The notes: generated by a model not told the origin, from the letters alone. Counted from the first letter of the whole stretch, positions 50,890 through 62,379 are shown. The stretch is DNA of 62,848 nt, filler included, from Chiloscyllium plagiosum (GCF_004010195.1; 3 parts of one record of this genome joined end to end with filler, not necessarily neighbours in it), one strand, 5' to 3'. A program made the numbers and translations.

Positions 50890-51611
50890 AAGTTCAAAGT
50901 TTGTGAGAAGATTTGTAGCTCGGGTGCTCGTTGTTGTGGTTCTGTTCGCCGAGCTGGGAATTTGTGTTGCAGACGTTTCGTCCCCTGTCTAGGTGACATC
51001 CTCAGTGCTTGGGAGCCTCCTGTGAAGCGCTTCTGTGATGTTTCCTCCGGCATTTATAGTGGTTTGAATCTGCTGCTTCCGGTTGTCAGTTCCAGCTGTC
51101 CGCTGCAGTGGCCGGTATATTGGGTCCAGGTCGATGTGCTTGTTGATTGAATCTGTGGATGAGTGCCATGCCTCTAGACATCCCACTCAGACCCAGAGTA
51201 TCACTACCAGGGACACCATCACACATACTGGCTATAGAACTACAGCAGAAACTGAAACACCTGATCAGCGGATCCAGACACTCTAGACAGTCAACACAGG
51301 AATTCTTGGACATCATCAGAAATATACACATAGACAAGGAAGAAACCATGGTCTCATTCGATAGAATGGCACTGTTCACCTCTGTCGACAAAACCCTAGC
51401 CAGAGAAACAATAGCCAACCTGCTGGACATACAAAACAGACAACAGGACGGTGAACCTATAAAAAAATACGGCATACTCAAACTACTGGACCTGTGCCTC
51501 ACAACACACTTCACATTCAACAACCAAATATATGAACAAATCAACGGCACACCCATCTCTGGACTCATAGCAGAAGCAGTAATGCAAAGATTATAACAAA
51601 CAGTCTTACCG
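50890..51611 (+). mobile_element. Poseidon-type PLE: inverted pseudo-LTR (50890-51180, -) joined to an RT fragment (+)
   Basis: PLRP.VS.PGTP, MVSFD...LFTSV, F.FNNQIYEQINGTP.SG.IAE.VMQRL; the - arm encodes LEAWHS...INKH, the endonuclease C-terminus. Confidence 0.85.
50969..51008 (-). ncRNA. Minimal type I hammerhead ribozyme motif
   Basis: On -: GCA-CTGAGGA-T-GTCACCT(AGAC)AGGGGAC-GAAA-CGTC-TGC; stem I GCA/TGC, stem II 6/7 paired, GUC site. Confidence 0.78.
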
Positions 51612-52111
51612 NNNNNNNNNNNNNNNNNNNNNNNNNNNNNNNNNNNNNNNNNNNNNNNNNNNNNNNNNNNNNNNNNNNNNNNNNNNNNNNNNNNNNNNNN
51701 NNNNNNNNNNNNNNNNNNNNNNNNNNNNNNNNNNNNNNNNNNNNNNNNNNNNNNNNNNNNNNNNNNNNNNNNNNNNNNNNNNNNNNNNNNNNNNNNNNNN
51801 NNNNNNNNNNNNNNNNNNNNNNNNNNNNNNNNNNNNNNNNNNNNNNNNNNNNNNNNNNNNNNNNNNNNNNNNNNNNNNNNNNNNNNNNNNNNNNNNNNNN
51901 NNNNNNNNNNNNNNNNNNNNNNNNNNNNNNNNNNNNNNNNNNNNNNNNNNNNNNNNNNNNNNNNNNNNNNNNNNNNNNNNNNNNNNNNNNNNNNNNNNNN
52001 NNNNNNNNNNNNNNNNNNNNNNNNNNNNNNNNNNNNNNNNNNNNNNNNNNNNNNNNNNNNNNNNNNNNNNNNNNNNNNNNNNNNNNNNNNNNNNNNNNNN
52101 NNNNNNNNNNN

Positions 52112-52712
52112 CATAGATAGTAAATAATAGGTAAACAGCAGCAAAAACAAAAACACAGGGACAGGTGAATGCTAAGAGTTTGAGAGTCCATTCAGTATTC
52201 TAACAACAGGAGGGTAGATACTGTTTCGAAACCGGCAACCCACCCATACCCCTACATTTATCCCTTACCTAACACTACGGGCAATTTAGCATGGCCAATT
52301 CACCTAACCTGCACATCTTTGGACTGTGGGAGGAAACCGGAGCACCCGGAGGAAAGCCACGCAGACACGGGGAGAACGTGCAAACTCCACACAGTCAGTC
52401 GCCTGAGGCGGGAACTGAACCCGGGTCTCAGGCGCTGTGAGGCAGCAGTGCTAACCACTGTGCCACTGTGCCGCCCCATTAGGGGGCTGAGTACGCACCC
52501 CTGTGGGGGGGGGAGGGTGGCTCCAGTGTTGAGTGTTAGTGAGGATGAAATATTGTCCCCAATCTTCACTAATTGTGGCCTGTGGGTCAGAAAACTGAGG
52601 ATCCAATTGCAGAGAGTGGGGCTTAGTCCGAGATCACTAAATTTAGTAATCAGTGTCAAGGGGATAATAGTGTTGAAGGCTGAACTATAGTCAATGAGTA
52701 GAATTCTTAAGT
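52112..52712 (-). mobile_element. Rex1/Babar LINE fragments flanking a SINE
   Basis: LCNWILSFLTHRPQLVKIG...LNTGA..PQGCVLSPL; 52112-52235 matches the 3' UTR at 61915-62035. Confidence 0.8.
52236..52476 (-). mobile_element. HE1-like V-SINE (3'-truncated)
   Basis: GGGGCGGCACAGTGGCACAGTGGTTAGC head, GTTCAGTTC B box, V core. Confidence 0.88.
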
Positions 52713-53260
52713 ATCTAGAATGGGTGGATTGGCAGGTGAGGAATGGCTGGACATGTTTGCCCTATATCCTCTGGAGTTTACAGGTTCCAGAAGCAACTTG
52801 ATTGAAACTTACAAAATGCTGAGGGGACTTGTCTGGGTGGATGCAGAGAAGATGTTGCGTCTTGGGAGAGAATCTGAACCAAGGGTCACAGTTTAAACCT
52901 GCAGGGTGCCCAGTTAAAAATGAGAACTTTCACATTTGTGGGTCTTTGGAACTCTCTTCCTCAAAAGGTGACAGCCACAAGAGCCTTGAATATTTGTAAG
53001 GAGAGGTAGTTTGGGGGTTTTTGATGACCAAGGTAATGGGGATACACAGGAATGGAGAATTGAGGTTAAAATCAGATCAGCTCTGATCATAGTCTCAAGT
53101 GGTGGTAGGGCCAACACCTGCTCCTGATTTGTATCGTAAGGACAGACTGACGGGCAGAGGGGGTGGGGTGGCCCTGTTGGTAAGGGATGATATTCAGTCC
53201 CTTGCGCGGGGGGACCTAGAATCAGGGGATGTAGAGTCAGTATGGATAGAGCTGAGAAAT

Positions 53261-53360
53261 NNNNNNNNNNNNNNNNNNNNNNNNNNNNNNNNNNNNNNNN
53301 NNNNTTAATTAATTAANNNNNNNNNNNNNNNNNNNNNNNNNNNNNNNNNNNNNNNNNNNN
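53261..53360. other. Artificial scaffold join (44 N + TTAATTAATTAA + 44 N)
   Basis: Same 100-bp structure as 27484-27583. Confidence 0.95.
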
Positions 53361-53899
53361 ACAGCACGGGGTTAGATACAGAGTAAAGCTCCCTCTACAC
53401 TGTCCCCCAATCCCAGGGACAGGGACAGCACGGGGTTAGATACAGAGTAAAGCTCCCTCTACACTGTCCCCCAATCCCAGAGACAGGGACAGCACGGGGT
53501 TAGATGCAGAGTAAAGCTCCCTCTACACTGTCCCCCAATCCCAGGGACAGGGACAGCATGGGGTTAGATACAGTGTAAAGCTCTCTCTACTCTGTCCCCC
53601 AATCCCAGGGACCGGGACAGCACGGGGTTAGATACAGAGTAAAGTTCTCTCTACACTGTCCCCCAATCCCAGAGACAGGGACAGCACGGGGTTAGATACA
53701 GAGTAAAGCTCCCTCTACACTGTCCCCCAATCCCAGGGACAGGGACAGCACGGGGTTAGATACAGTGTAAAACTCTCTCTACTCTGTCCCCCAAATCCCA
53801 GGGACCGGGACAGCACGGGGTTAGATACAGAGTAAAGCTCCCTCTACACTGTCCCCCAATCCCAGGGACCGGGACAGCACGGGGTTAGATACAGAGTAA
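53361..53899 (+). repeat. 64-bp tandem satellite, ~8.4 copies
   Basis: Unit ACAGCACGGGGTTAGATACAGAGTAAAGCTCCCTCTACACTGTCCCCCAATCCCAGGGACAGGG, starting at 53361, 53425, 53489, 53553, 53617, 53681, 53745, 53810, 53874. Confidence 0.97.
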
Positions 53900-54165
53900 T
53901 GTATCTGCTCCTTGACACTGCGACGTTGTACCCACACAGCCTTGCTTGGGGCCCGGTCCGTATTGCAATAACTGGCTCCCTATTGAACCCAGCGACCCGA
54001 TAGCCCCGAATGTGGAGTAGCCAATCCACTCCATCCTTCGAGGGAAGGGGGGTGTGTTTCAGGGTGGGGGTGTGAGTGGCATGTTCATGGGGTTGTTGTC
54101 CCTGTTTCCACGGTGCTGCTGTCTGTGTTTTACTGTTCCCCCCCCACCCCCCACCCCCCATTTAG

Positions 54166-54396
54166 ATCGGACGTTTCTCATTGGCAATGCGCGAGTGGTG
54201 AACTGTGCCATCATCTTCTGTAACGATGCTTTCTGTGAGATGTCTGGCTATTCTCGAGCGGAGGTGATGCAGAAACCAGCCTGTTGTGACTTCCTGCATG
54301 GCCCACAGACCAGGAAGACAGCCATCGCTCAAATCAGGCAGGCCCTGGGCGGCTCTGAGGAGAGAAAGGTGGAGCTCTCTCTCTACAGGAAGGATG
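54166..54396 (+). CDS. KCNH2: Internal exon (exon 2 equivalent) of an ERG-type voltage-gated K+ channel; PAS domain
   Basis: TTTAG acceptor after a C-rich tract and GTAAGG donor; 231 bp, phase 1-1, as in hERG exon 2. Encodes [44 protein letters not shown]...EERKVE...YRKDG. ERG subfamily is secure; KCNH2 rather than KCNH6/7 rests on [12 protein letters not shown] and YRKDG and is less certain. Confidence 0.88.
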
Positions 54397-54524
54397 GTAA
54401 GGATCTTCCATACACACGGCAGATTCTTCAGAAACACAACAGTGTATTCTTGAAGGGTGGGCCAGAATGTATCTGCGTGTTGGAGAATCTATCTCACTTC
54501 CATGGACTCTCACAAAGGTGTGTC

Positions 54525-56620
54525 CAGAGACTTGGTTGAAGGAAGGGCATGATGATTGGCAACCGAATGTTCCAGGATATAGACGTTTCAGACAGGACAG
54601 GGAGGAAAGTAAAAGGGATGGTGGAGCTGCATTGCTGGTCAGGGATAATATCACGGCTGTGCTAAAGGAGGGCACTATTGAGGTCCTGGGTACTGAGGCA
54701 TTATGGGTTGAGCTGAGAAATAAGAAGGATGCAGTTACATTGTTGGGGCTGTATTACAGACTTCCCGCCATGAGGTGGATGAACAAATAAGTAAACAGAT
54801 TATGAATAGATGTAGAGGCAATAGGGTAGTGGTGATGGGAGATTTTAATTTTCCCAACATTGACTGGGATATACTTAGCGTCAGAGGACTGGATGGATTA
54901 GAATTTTTACGAAGCGTCCAGGAGAGTTTTCTCGGAGTATGTCAATAGTCTGATGAGGGAAGAGGCCACATTGAACCTGATACTGGGGAACGAGCCAGGA
55001 CAAGTGGTAGAAGTTGCGGTGGGGGATTTCTTTGGGAAGAATGACCACAATTCTGTAAGTTTTATAATACTTGTAGATAAAGAAGAGAGTGGTCCTAAGG
55101 GAAGGGTGCTAAACTGGGCCAAGGCCAATTATATCAAAATTAGGCAGGAGCTGGGAACTATGAATTTGACATAGCTATTTGAGGGAAGTCCACAATCGAG
55201 ATGTGGGAGGCTTTCAAAGATCGTGCAGGATAGGCATGTCCCGTTGAAGGCAAAGGATTGGAAGGGTAAGATTCGTGAACCGTGGATGACAGGAGAAATT
55301 GTACGACTAGCCAAGAGGAAAAGGGAAACATACATAAGGTCTAGGCAGCTGAGAACAGAACGGGCCCTGGAGGAATATCGGAAGAGTAGGACAAGTCTTA
55401 AATGAGGAATCAAGCGGGCTAAAAGGGGTCATGAAATAGCTTTAGTGAGCAGAATTAAGGAAAATCCCAAAGCATTTTATTCTTATATAAGAATTAAGTC
55501 GGTAACTAGAGAAAGGATTGGTCCACTAAAGGATAATGAAGGAAGGCTGTGTGTTGAACCTGAGCGAATGGGTGAGATTCTGAATGATTACTTTGCATCA
55601 GTGTTCACTGAGGAGAGGAACATGATGAATGTTGAGATGCGAGATAGAAGCTTGATTAGTCTGGATCACGTTGACATAAGTAGGGAAGATGTGTTGTGTG
55701 GGCAAGAGGTTATTAAGGTGGACGAACCCCCAGGACCAGATGGGATCTATGGAGCCCTAACAGTTATCATTGTGGCATCCTTAAATACAGGTGAGGTGCC
55801 GGAGGACTGGAGTGTTGCTCATGTTGTCCCCCTGTACAAGAAGGGTAGTAGGGATATTCCGGGTAACTACAGACCAGTGAACATGATGTCGGTGGTGGGG
55901 AAGTTGCTGGAGAGGGTACTGAGGGATAGGATCTATTTAATTTCATAAAAGAATGGGCTTATCAGTGATAGGCAACATGGTTTTGTGCGGGGGAGATCGT
56001 GCCTTACCAACTAGTTGGGCCGAAGGGCCCACTTCCACACTGTAGGGAATCTAATCAAAACTTAATAGAGCTCTTTGAGGAAGCAACCAAGTTGCTAGAT
56101 GAAGGTTAGGGTTGGGTTTATTTTCATTAGAAAAAAGGAGATTGAAGGGGGACCTGATTGAGGTTTACAAAATCATGAAGAGTATAGTCAGGGTGATGAA
56201 GGGCTTTTGCCCGAAACGTCGATTTTCCTGCTCCTCGGATGCTGCCTGAACTGCTGTGCTTTTCCAGCATCACTAATCCAGAACCAGGGTGGATAGAGAC
56301 AAGCTTTTTCCCAGGGTGAAGGATTCAATGACGAGAGGTCATGCTTTCAAGGTGAGAGGTGGAAAGTTTAAGGGGGATACACACGGCAAGTACTTTACAC
56401 AGAGGGTGATGGGTGTTTGGAACACGTTGCCAGCAGAGATGGTAGAGACAGGCACGGTAGATTCATTTAAGATGCATCTGGACAGATGCATGAGTAGGTG
56501 GGGAGCAGAGGGATACAGACGTTTAGGAATTGACCGACAGGTTCAGACAGTAGATTTGGATTGGCTCAGGCTTGGAGGGCCGAAGGGCCTGTTCCTGGGC
56601 TGTGAATGTTCTTTGTTCTA
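54525..56620 (+). mobile_element. Intronic CR1 (EN to RT start, deletion, then 3' end)
   Basis: ETWLKEG..W..NVPGY, ENPKAFYSYIR, VPEDWSVAHVVPLYKKG, YFTQRVMGVWNTLP. Confidence 0.88.
56196..56284 (+). mobile_element. ~90-bp PLE terminus, essentially a hammerhead core plus downstream arm, inserted in CR1
   Basis: TGATGA-A-GGGC(TTTT)GCCC-GAAA-CGTC; TSD CAGGGTG at 56189-56195 and 56285-56291. Confidence 0.82.
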
Positions 56621-57214
56621 ATTGTCCAGTCAGGGAGAGTAGAATGAAGGGTGAACTCACGGAGTGGGTTTTGAGACAGCAGGAAGGTGAGTTACTCCAA
56701 GAAGTCAAAGATTAAAAGATGTCCTTGTTTGCCTGGGCATTGCAAGTGACAGATCGAAATCTTTCTTCAATGCGATGATGGTTTCTGCATCCCCCCGCCT
56801 GCCCCCCAGGCAGTAGGGTCCAGATTCACCCCATCCCTGTCACTGATCCTCCAACCAATAGAAAGGCTCCTTTCTGTCTGCCCCAGCTGTGCCCCTCATC
56901 ATTTATCCATCACAACCATGTGCCCTCTCAGTCCCCTCTGCTCTAAGGACAACAGCCCCAGTCTGTCCAATTTCTCCTCATCACCAAAACCTTCCAAACA
57001 AACCAGGCACCATCTGGTGATTCTGATCTTTCTGAATTTGTCCCTCCCTCCCATTTCCTGATGAATTGCTGCGTTTGGATCCTCTTGAATGAAGAGTGAT
57101 GGAAAATACCTCCTCAGTTCACCCACCATCTCCTTATTTTTCTTGATTGATTCTTTCTATGCAATCAACTCCCTTCATTGACTTTTTTTTCTATAAATCT
57201 CTATTGAAAAGCTT

Positions 57215-57320
57215 CAGTTCTGAGGAGGGGTCACTCAAATCGGAAACGTTAACTCTGATTTCTCTCCACAGATGCTGCCAGACCTGCTGAGCTTTTCCAG
57301 CAATTTCTGTTTTTGTTTTT
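57215..57320 (+). mobile_element. PLE terminus (family C)
   Basis: CTGAGGA-GGGGTCACTCAAATCG-GAAA-CGTT-AACTCTG...GATGCTGCCAGACCTGCTGAG. Confidence 0.7.
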
Positions 57321-57789
57321 AACATCTCTGTCTGGCCTGCCTGCTCTTGCATGTTTTTTTTAAAGAATAGTTTAGTCATTCTTTGCACTTTCATTCATTT
57401 AATATCACGTCTGATCTTCTGATCTGCCACCCACCTGCGATCTGGGTGGGAGTGAGAACGTTGGGGAGAACTTAGAGGTTTTAAGGTGATTGAGAAAACT
57501 TGCCTGGTCAAACCCACAGCAGATATGGTCCAATGTGGCTCAGTGTGAAACTATTGAACTGAATTAGCTTTATCGTCTGATATAGACATTGTGTACAACT
57601 ATTCATGATGCCATCACCTTAGGTACAAAAATACTGAGGTACGGACACTTTAGTATAAATTCTTTGGAAAAAGAAAGACAAAAATAAGCAAGTAAAGAGT
57701 TCAGCAATGCAGACATTCACAAATACAGAATCATAGAAACAAATCAGAAAAATGCAGAAATAGACAGTTCCGAATAACAAAAATGCAAA

Positions 57790-58480
57790 TTATTATTTGA
57801 ATGGAAATATTTTGGGAAGTGTGGATATACAAATGGATCTGGGTGTCCTTGTACATCAGGTCAATGAAAGGAGACAGGCACGTGCAAAAATCAATAAGTA
57901 TGTTGGCTTTCATTGCAAGAGGAATTGAGTTCAGGAGTAGGGATGCTTGATTGCAGTTATAGAGAGCTTAGGTGAGACCACAACTGGAGTAGTGTTTGCA
58001 GATTTGATCTCCCTACCTAAGACAAGATATACTTGCCACAGAGGGAGTGCAGTAGAAGTTCCCTAGGCTGAAATTGGGATGGCAGGACTGTCCCATGGGG
58101 AGAGACAGGTTCAAGGTCTGCATTCACTGAAAGTTTGAAGAATGAGAATGATTGAAAAGTAAATAATTCTAACCGGGCTGCACAGATGATATGAAGGGAG
58201 GAGGTCTCCTCTGGGAGGGGAGTCCAGAACTAGGGGTCACAGGCTCAGGACTGGGGTAAGACATTTAGGACTGAGATGAGGAAATATTTCTTCACTCAGA
58301 TGGTGGTCAACCTGTGGAATTCTCAACCAGACAGAGTCACTGAGTATGTTTAAAAATTAAATAGATTTTCAGAGACTAAAGTTGCCAAGGGCTATGGGTG
58401 GAGGGGAGTTTAGTGGAGAGTTTGAAGATCAACTGTGATCACGTTAAATGGGGGAGATGGTCACATTTTGTCTGTGTTTC
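57790..58480 (+). mobile_element. Old CR1 3' fragment
   Basis: DLGVLVHQ, L.RP.LE and FFTQMVVNLWNS motifs with stops. Confidence 0.7.
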
Positions 58481-58626
58481 TCTACGATTGAGACTATCTT
58501 GTTTCTTTTTAATTAACTACACGTGGTGGGTCCATTGCTTTGAATTTTCTTATTGAAATCTATTGGTTTGATATATTCCAAATACCTTCTTAAATGTCTT
58601 CCACCGTACCTCTGTTATCCCAAGCC

Positions 58627-58900
58627 TGAATGAATTGAATTGATTGTCCCGTGTCCCGAGGCACAGTGAAACGCTTTGTCTTGGAGCAACACAGGCAGAT
58701 CCCAGAGTTCAGTAGCATCGATAGTAAATAATAGGGAAACAGCGGCAATAACAAAAACACAGGTACAGGCGAATGTTAAGAGTTTGCGAGTCCATTCAGT
58801 ATTCTAACACACAGGGACAGGCGAATGTTAAGAGTTTGTGAGTCCATTCAGTGTCTAACAGCAGTAGGGTAGAAACTGTTGCAAAACTGGCTTGTGTGTG
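58627..58900 (-). mobile_element. Rex1 3' UTR fragment
   Basis: Near-identical to 61825-62045; (TTCAA)n tail. Confidence 0.75.
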
Positions 58901-58979
58901 TGTGTGTGTGTGTCTGTGTGTTTTTTCAGGTTTTTGTATTTTGCCAGTTCAGTTTAGTTAGTTCTGCTTTTGTGATCTT

Positions 58980-59800
58980 GGAGTCATAGAGTCATACAGC
59001 ACAGAAACCCACCTTTGGGTCCAACCAGTCCATGCCAAACATAATCTCAAACTATACTCGTCCCGCCTGCTCCTGGCCCAGATCCCTCCAAACCCTTTCT
59101 TAATCATGTATCTATCCAAATGTCTTTTTAATGTGGCAATTGTATCACTTCCTTAAGAAGTTCATTACACACACGAACTACCCTCTGTGTGTAAAAACGT
59201 TACCTCTCATGTATCTCTTTAAATCTCTCTCCTCTCACCTTAAAAATGTGCCCCTAATCTTGAAATCCTCCATCCGAGGGAAAAGGCAACTACCCTTAAC
59301 TCTATCTGTACCCCTCATTATTTTATAAACTACTATCAGATCGCATCTCAACCTCCTGTGCTCCAGTGGAAAAAAAGTCCCAGCCTATGCAGCTTTTCTT
59401 CATAACTCCAACCTTCCATACCCGGCAACATCCTGATCAATCTCTTCTGAATCCTCTCCAGTTTAATAATATCCTTCCTATAACTGGGTGACCAGAACTG
59501 GTCACTGTATTCCAGAAGAGACTTCACCAATGTCCTGTACAACCTCAACATGACTTCCCAACTCCGAAACTCAAAGGACTGAGCAATGAAAGCATGTGTG
59601 CCAAATGTCTTTTAAACCACCCTCTCTATATGTGACGGAATCTTCAAAGAATTACGTACCTGCACCCCGGGTCCCTCTTTTCTACAATGCTATCCAAGGC
59701 CCTACCATTAATGGTATAAGTTCTACCCTTGTTTGTAGCACTAAAATGCAATACCTCGCATTTATCCAGATTGAACTCCACCCGCTATTTTACAGCCCAT
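58980..59800 (-). mobile_element. 5'-truncated CR1
   Basis: LRLYRTLVKSLLEYSDQFWSPSYRKD; TATGACTC tail. Confidence 0.85.
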
Positions 59801-60685
59801 TTTTAAAAGTTTATTATACTAGTCTCAGACTGACTCTACTCTCCCACAAACTGAAATAAATTGGAGTTGTATTATTCCTGCTGCTCCATGTGTTCAGACA
59901 CAGGCCTTAGTTTTACTGCTGCATCTGTTTTTGTAATCTCTGAATGTAGATTTACTTTTCAATTTGTACTCCCTATACTTTCCTGTCACATTGGCCATTT
60001 CTTAAATGAATCCCTTACTTACTTGCCTCTTTTCAACTCTTTGATTTACTCCATCCTTGTAGATTTAATCCCCTGCCCTTAGTATTCAGTTTAAGATCCT
60101 CTCTCCGTCTCTGGTCCCAGTCCGGTTCAGGCACAGACTCTCACTTTCAGCTTCCATTTCCCAGCTGCAGTGTCCTCTGGGTCGGTGCTAAAGGCCAATT
60201 GCACGTGTACCTTCTCTGACTGGACCAGGCTTCAGTCAGCGCTGGGACCACAGCCATTCACAACCAGTTCAAACAAGTCAGACACTGGAACCAAAAACAC
60301 AATCTCTAAACCTGAAGTGATGCCAAACTGGGGAGTGAATGGGGTCAATACGACCAATGAACTTGTAGGATTCCCAAATGGTTGGCTGTGACGTGAAATG
60401 CTGCTGTAGTAAGGAAGATAAGGCGCTCCTGTTACCTGGAAAACAGGTCTCACTGAGCAGCAAAACCTGAGAGAATATCTCAAACTCATCACTGACGTCA
60501 TGCATATTAATAAGGTCCTGGATATTCAAACCAATCATTAGGCTTTCCTTCTAGAAGGCCAGCATAAAGTAGGTGAGATCTGCTTAAACTCTATCAAACT
60601 TGGATAGACCACATTTAGGGTATTCTGTGCAATTCTGGTCACCATGTTATAAACTGGAAAAGCTACAGAGAGAAGATTGACCAGG

Positions 60686-61072
60686 AATAGAAACAGAGAG
60701 TGCTGGAGAAACTCTGCAGGTCTGACAGAATCTTCTAACTTGCAATGTTCTGTACAGTCATAGAGATGTACAACATGGAAACAGACCCTTCGGTCCAACC
60801 CGTCCATGCCAACCAGATATCCCAACCCAATCTAGTCCCACCTGCCAGCACCTGGCCCATATCCCTCCAAACCCTTCCTATTCATACCCATCCAGATACC
60901 ATCTCTGAGTATGGCCACATTTCTCTAAGCAACAAGTTTCTGAAGAAGGGTCACTGGACCCAAAACATTAACTCTGTTTCTTTCTCCACAGGTGCTGCCA
61001 GACCTGCTGAGTTTCTCCAGCAATTTCTGTTTGTTTCCAATTTCCAGAATCTGCTCTTCTTTGGGTTTTATT
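60686..61072. mobile_element. Inverted PLE (family C) with a CR1 3' end (60757-60900, -) between the arms
   Basis: Left arm GCTGGAGAAACTCTGCAGGTCTGACAG; right arm CTGAAGA-A-GGGTC(ACTG)GACCC-AAAA-CATT plus tail. Confidence 0.65.
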
Positions 61073-61409
61073 AAAACAAGTTCCACATCTTTTTATAAAT
61101 AGTCTGCTTGCTTATTTTGATGAGGAACTTTACACCTCCCACATGATATTCTATCGACCACCCCATTGGGCACTTGGTGAACGGGTGCAGTCCCTGTGTC
61201 TTGCTCCTATTTGCTGTGTTTCCTGCCAAATTGGAAATGCCCCATTTTTACCCATTCTCTGCTTCCTGCCCGTTTACCACGGAGAGAGGGAGAGAGAGCT
61301 TTCGGAGAGAGGGAGAGGGAGCTCACGGAGAGAGGGAGCTCACGGAGAGAGGGAGAGGGATAGACAAACAAAGGACATGCTGAACCAGGTGTGAAGGACA
61401 GGCTTAATG

Positions 61410-61560
61410 TTTTGTGTTTGTTCATTTTGAGGGACATGGGGATCACTGGCTGGGCCCAGCATTTATCACCTGTCCCTAGTTGCCCCCCTTGAGAAGGTGG
61501 GGGGGTGAGCTGCCTTCTTGAACCGCTGCAGTCCATGTGCTGTGAGTAGGCCCACAATAC
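61410..61560 (-). mobile_element. L2-type 3' end (tail shared with Deu SINEs)
   Basis: On -: GCAGCGGTTCAAGAAGGCAGCTCACC...TTCTCAAGGG..CAACTAGGGA...ATAAATGCTGG. Confidence 0.6.
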
Positions 61561-61818
61561 CACAATCTGTTTCCTGCGTGTGATCCTGATGCCTGTGGGT
61601 CAGGGATTTCCTGCTGTGTGGTCTAGAGGTTATCCCAGTGCAGATATCTCCGGCTGAATTTCTGGTGGTGTTGGCAAGGTCCAGACAGGAATGCTGGAAG
61701 AGTCGTTGAGTCATAGAGGTGTACAGCACAGAAACAGACCCTTCAGTCCATCGTGTCTTTGCCAGCTATTCTAAGCTAACCTGGTCCCATTTGCCAGCAC
61801 CTGGCGAATATTCCTGTA

Positions 61819-62377
61819 AATTGAATTGAATGGAATTGATTGTCCCGTGTCCCGAGGCACAGTGAAAACTATTGTCTTGGAGCAACACAGACAGATCCCA
61901 GAGTTCAGTAACATCGATAGTAAATAATAGGGAAACAGCAGCAATAACAAAAACACAGGGACAGGCGAATGTTTGGAGTTTGTGAGTCCATTCAGTGTCT
62001 AACAGCAGTCGGGTAGAAACTGTTGTGAAACCGGCTGGTGTGTGTGTTCAGGATTCTGTACCTTCTCCCCGATGGTAGGGGTTGTAGAAAAACATTGCCA
62101 GGGTGGGATGGATCTTTGAGAATGCTGGCGGCCTTTCCTGGACAGTGGGGCCTGGGAGATGGAGTCAATAGATGGGAGGTTGGCCTTTGTGATTGTCCGG
62201 GCCGAGTTCACCACTCTCTGTAACCGTCTCCGATCTTGAATGGTACAGTTGCCATACCAGGTAGTGATACATCCAGACAGAATGCTCTCAATGGCGCACT
62301 GACAAAAGTTGGCAAGGGTATTCACTGTCATGCCAAATTTCCTCAGCTGCCTGAGGAAGAAGAGACGTTGTTGGGCC
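61819..62377 (-). mobile_element. Rex1/Babar LINE 3' part
   Basis: AQQRLFFLRQLRKFG...CAIESILSGCITTWYGNCT..DRRRLQRVV; (TTCAA)n tail. Confidence 0.88.
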
Positions 62378-62379
62378 TG

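Noticed and set aside
53361..53899. CRISPR-like array
   Set aside because: No unique spacers, no cas genes, eukaryotic context; it is a satellite.
54054..54539. 161-aa ORF as a stand-alone gene
   Set aside because: Only 54166-54396 is channel-like and it is bounded by splice sites; the rest is intronic read-through.
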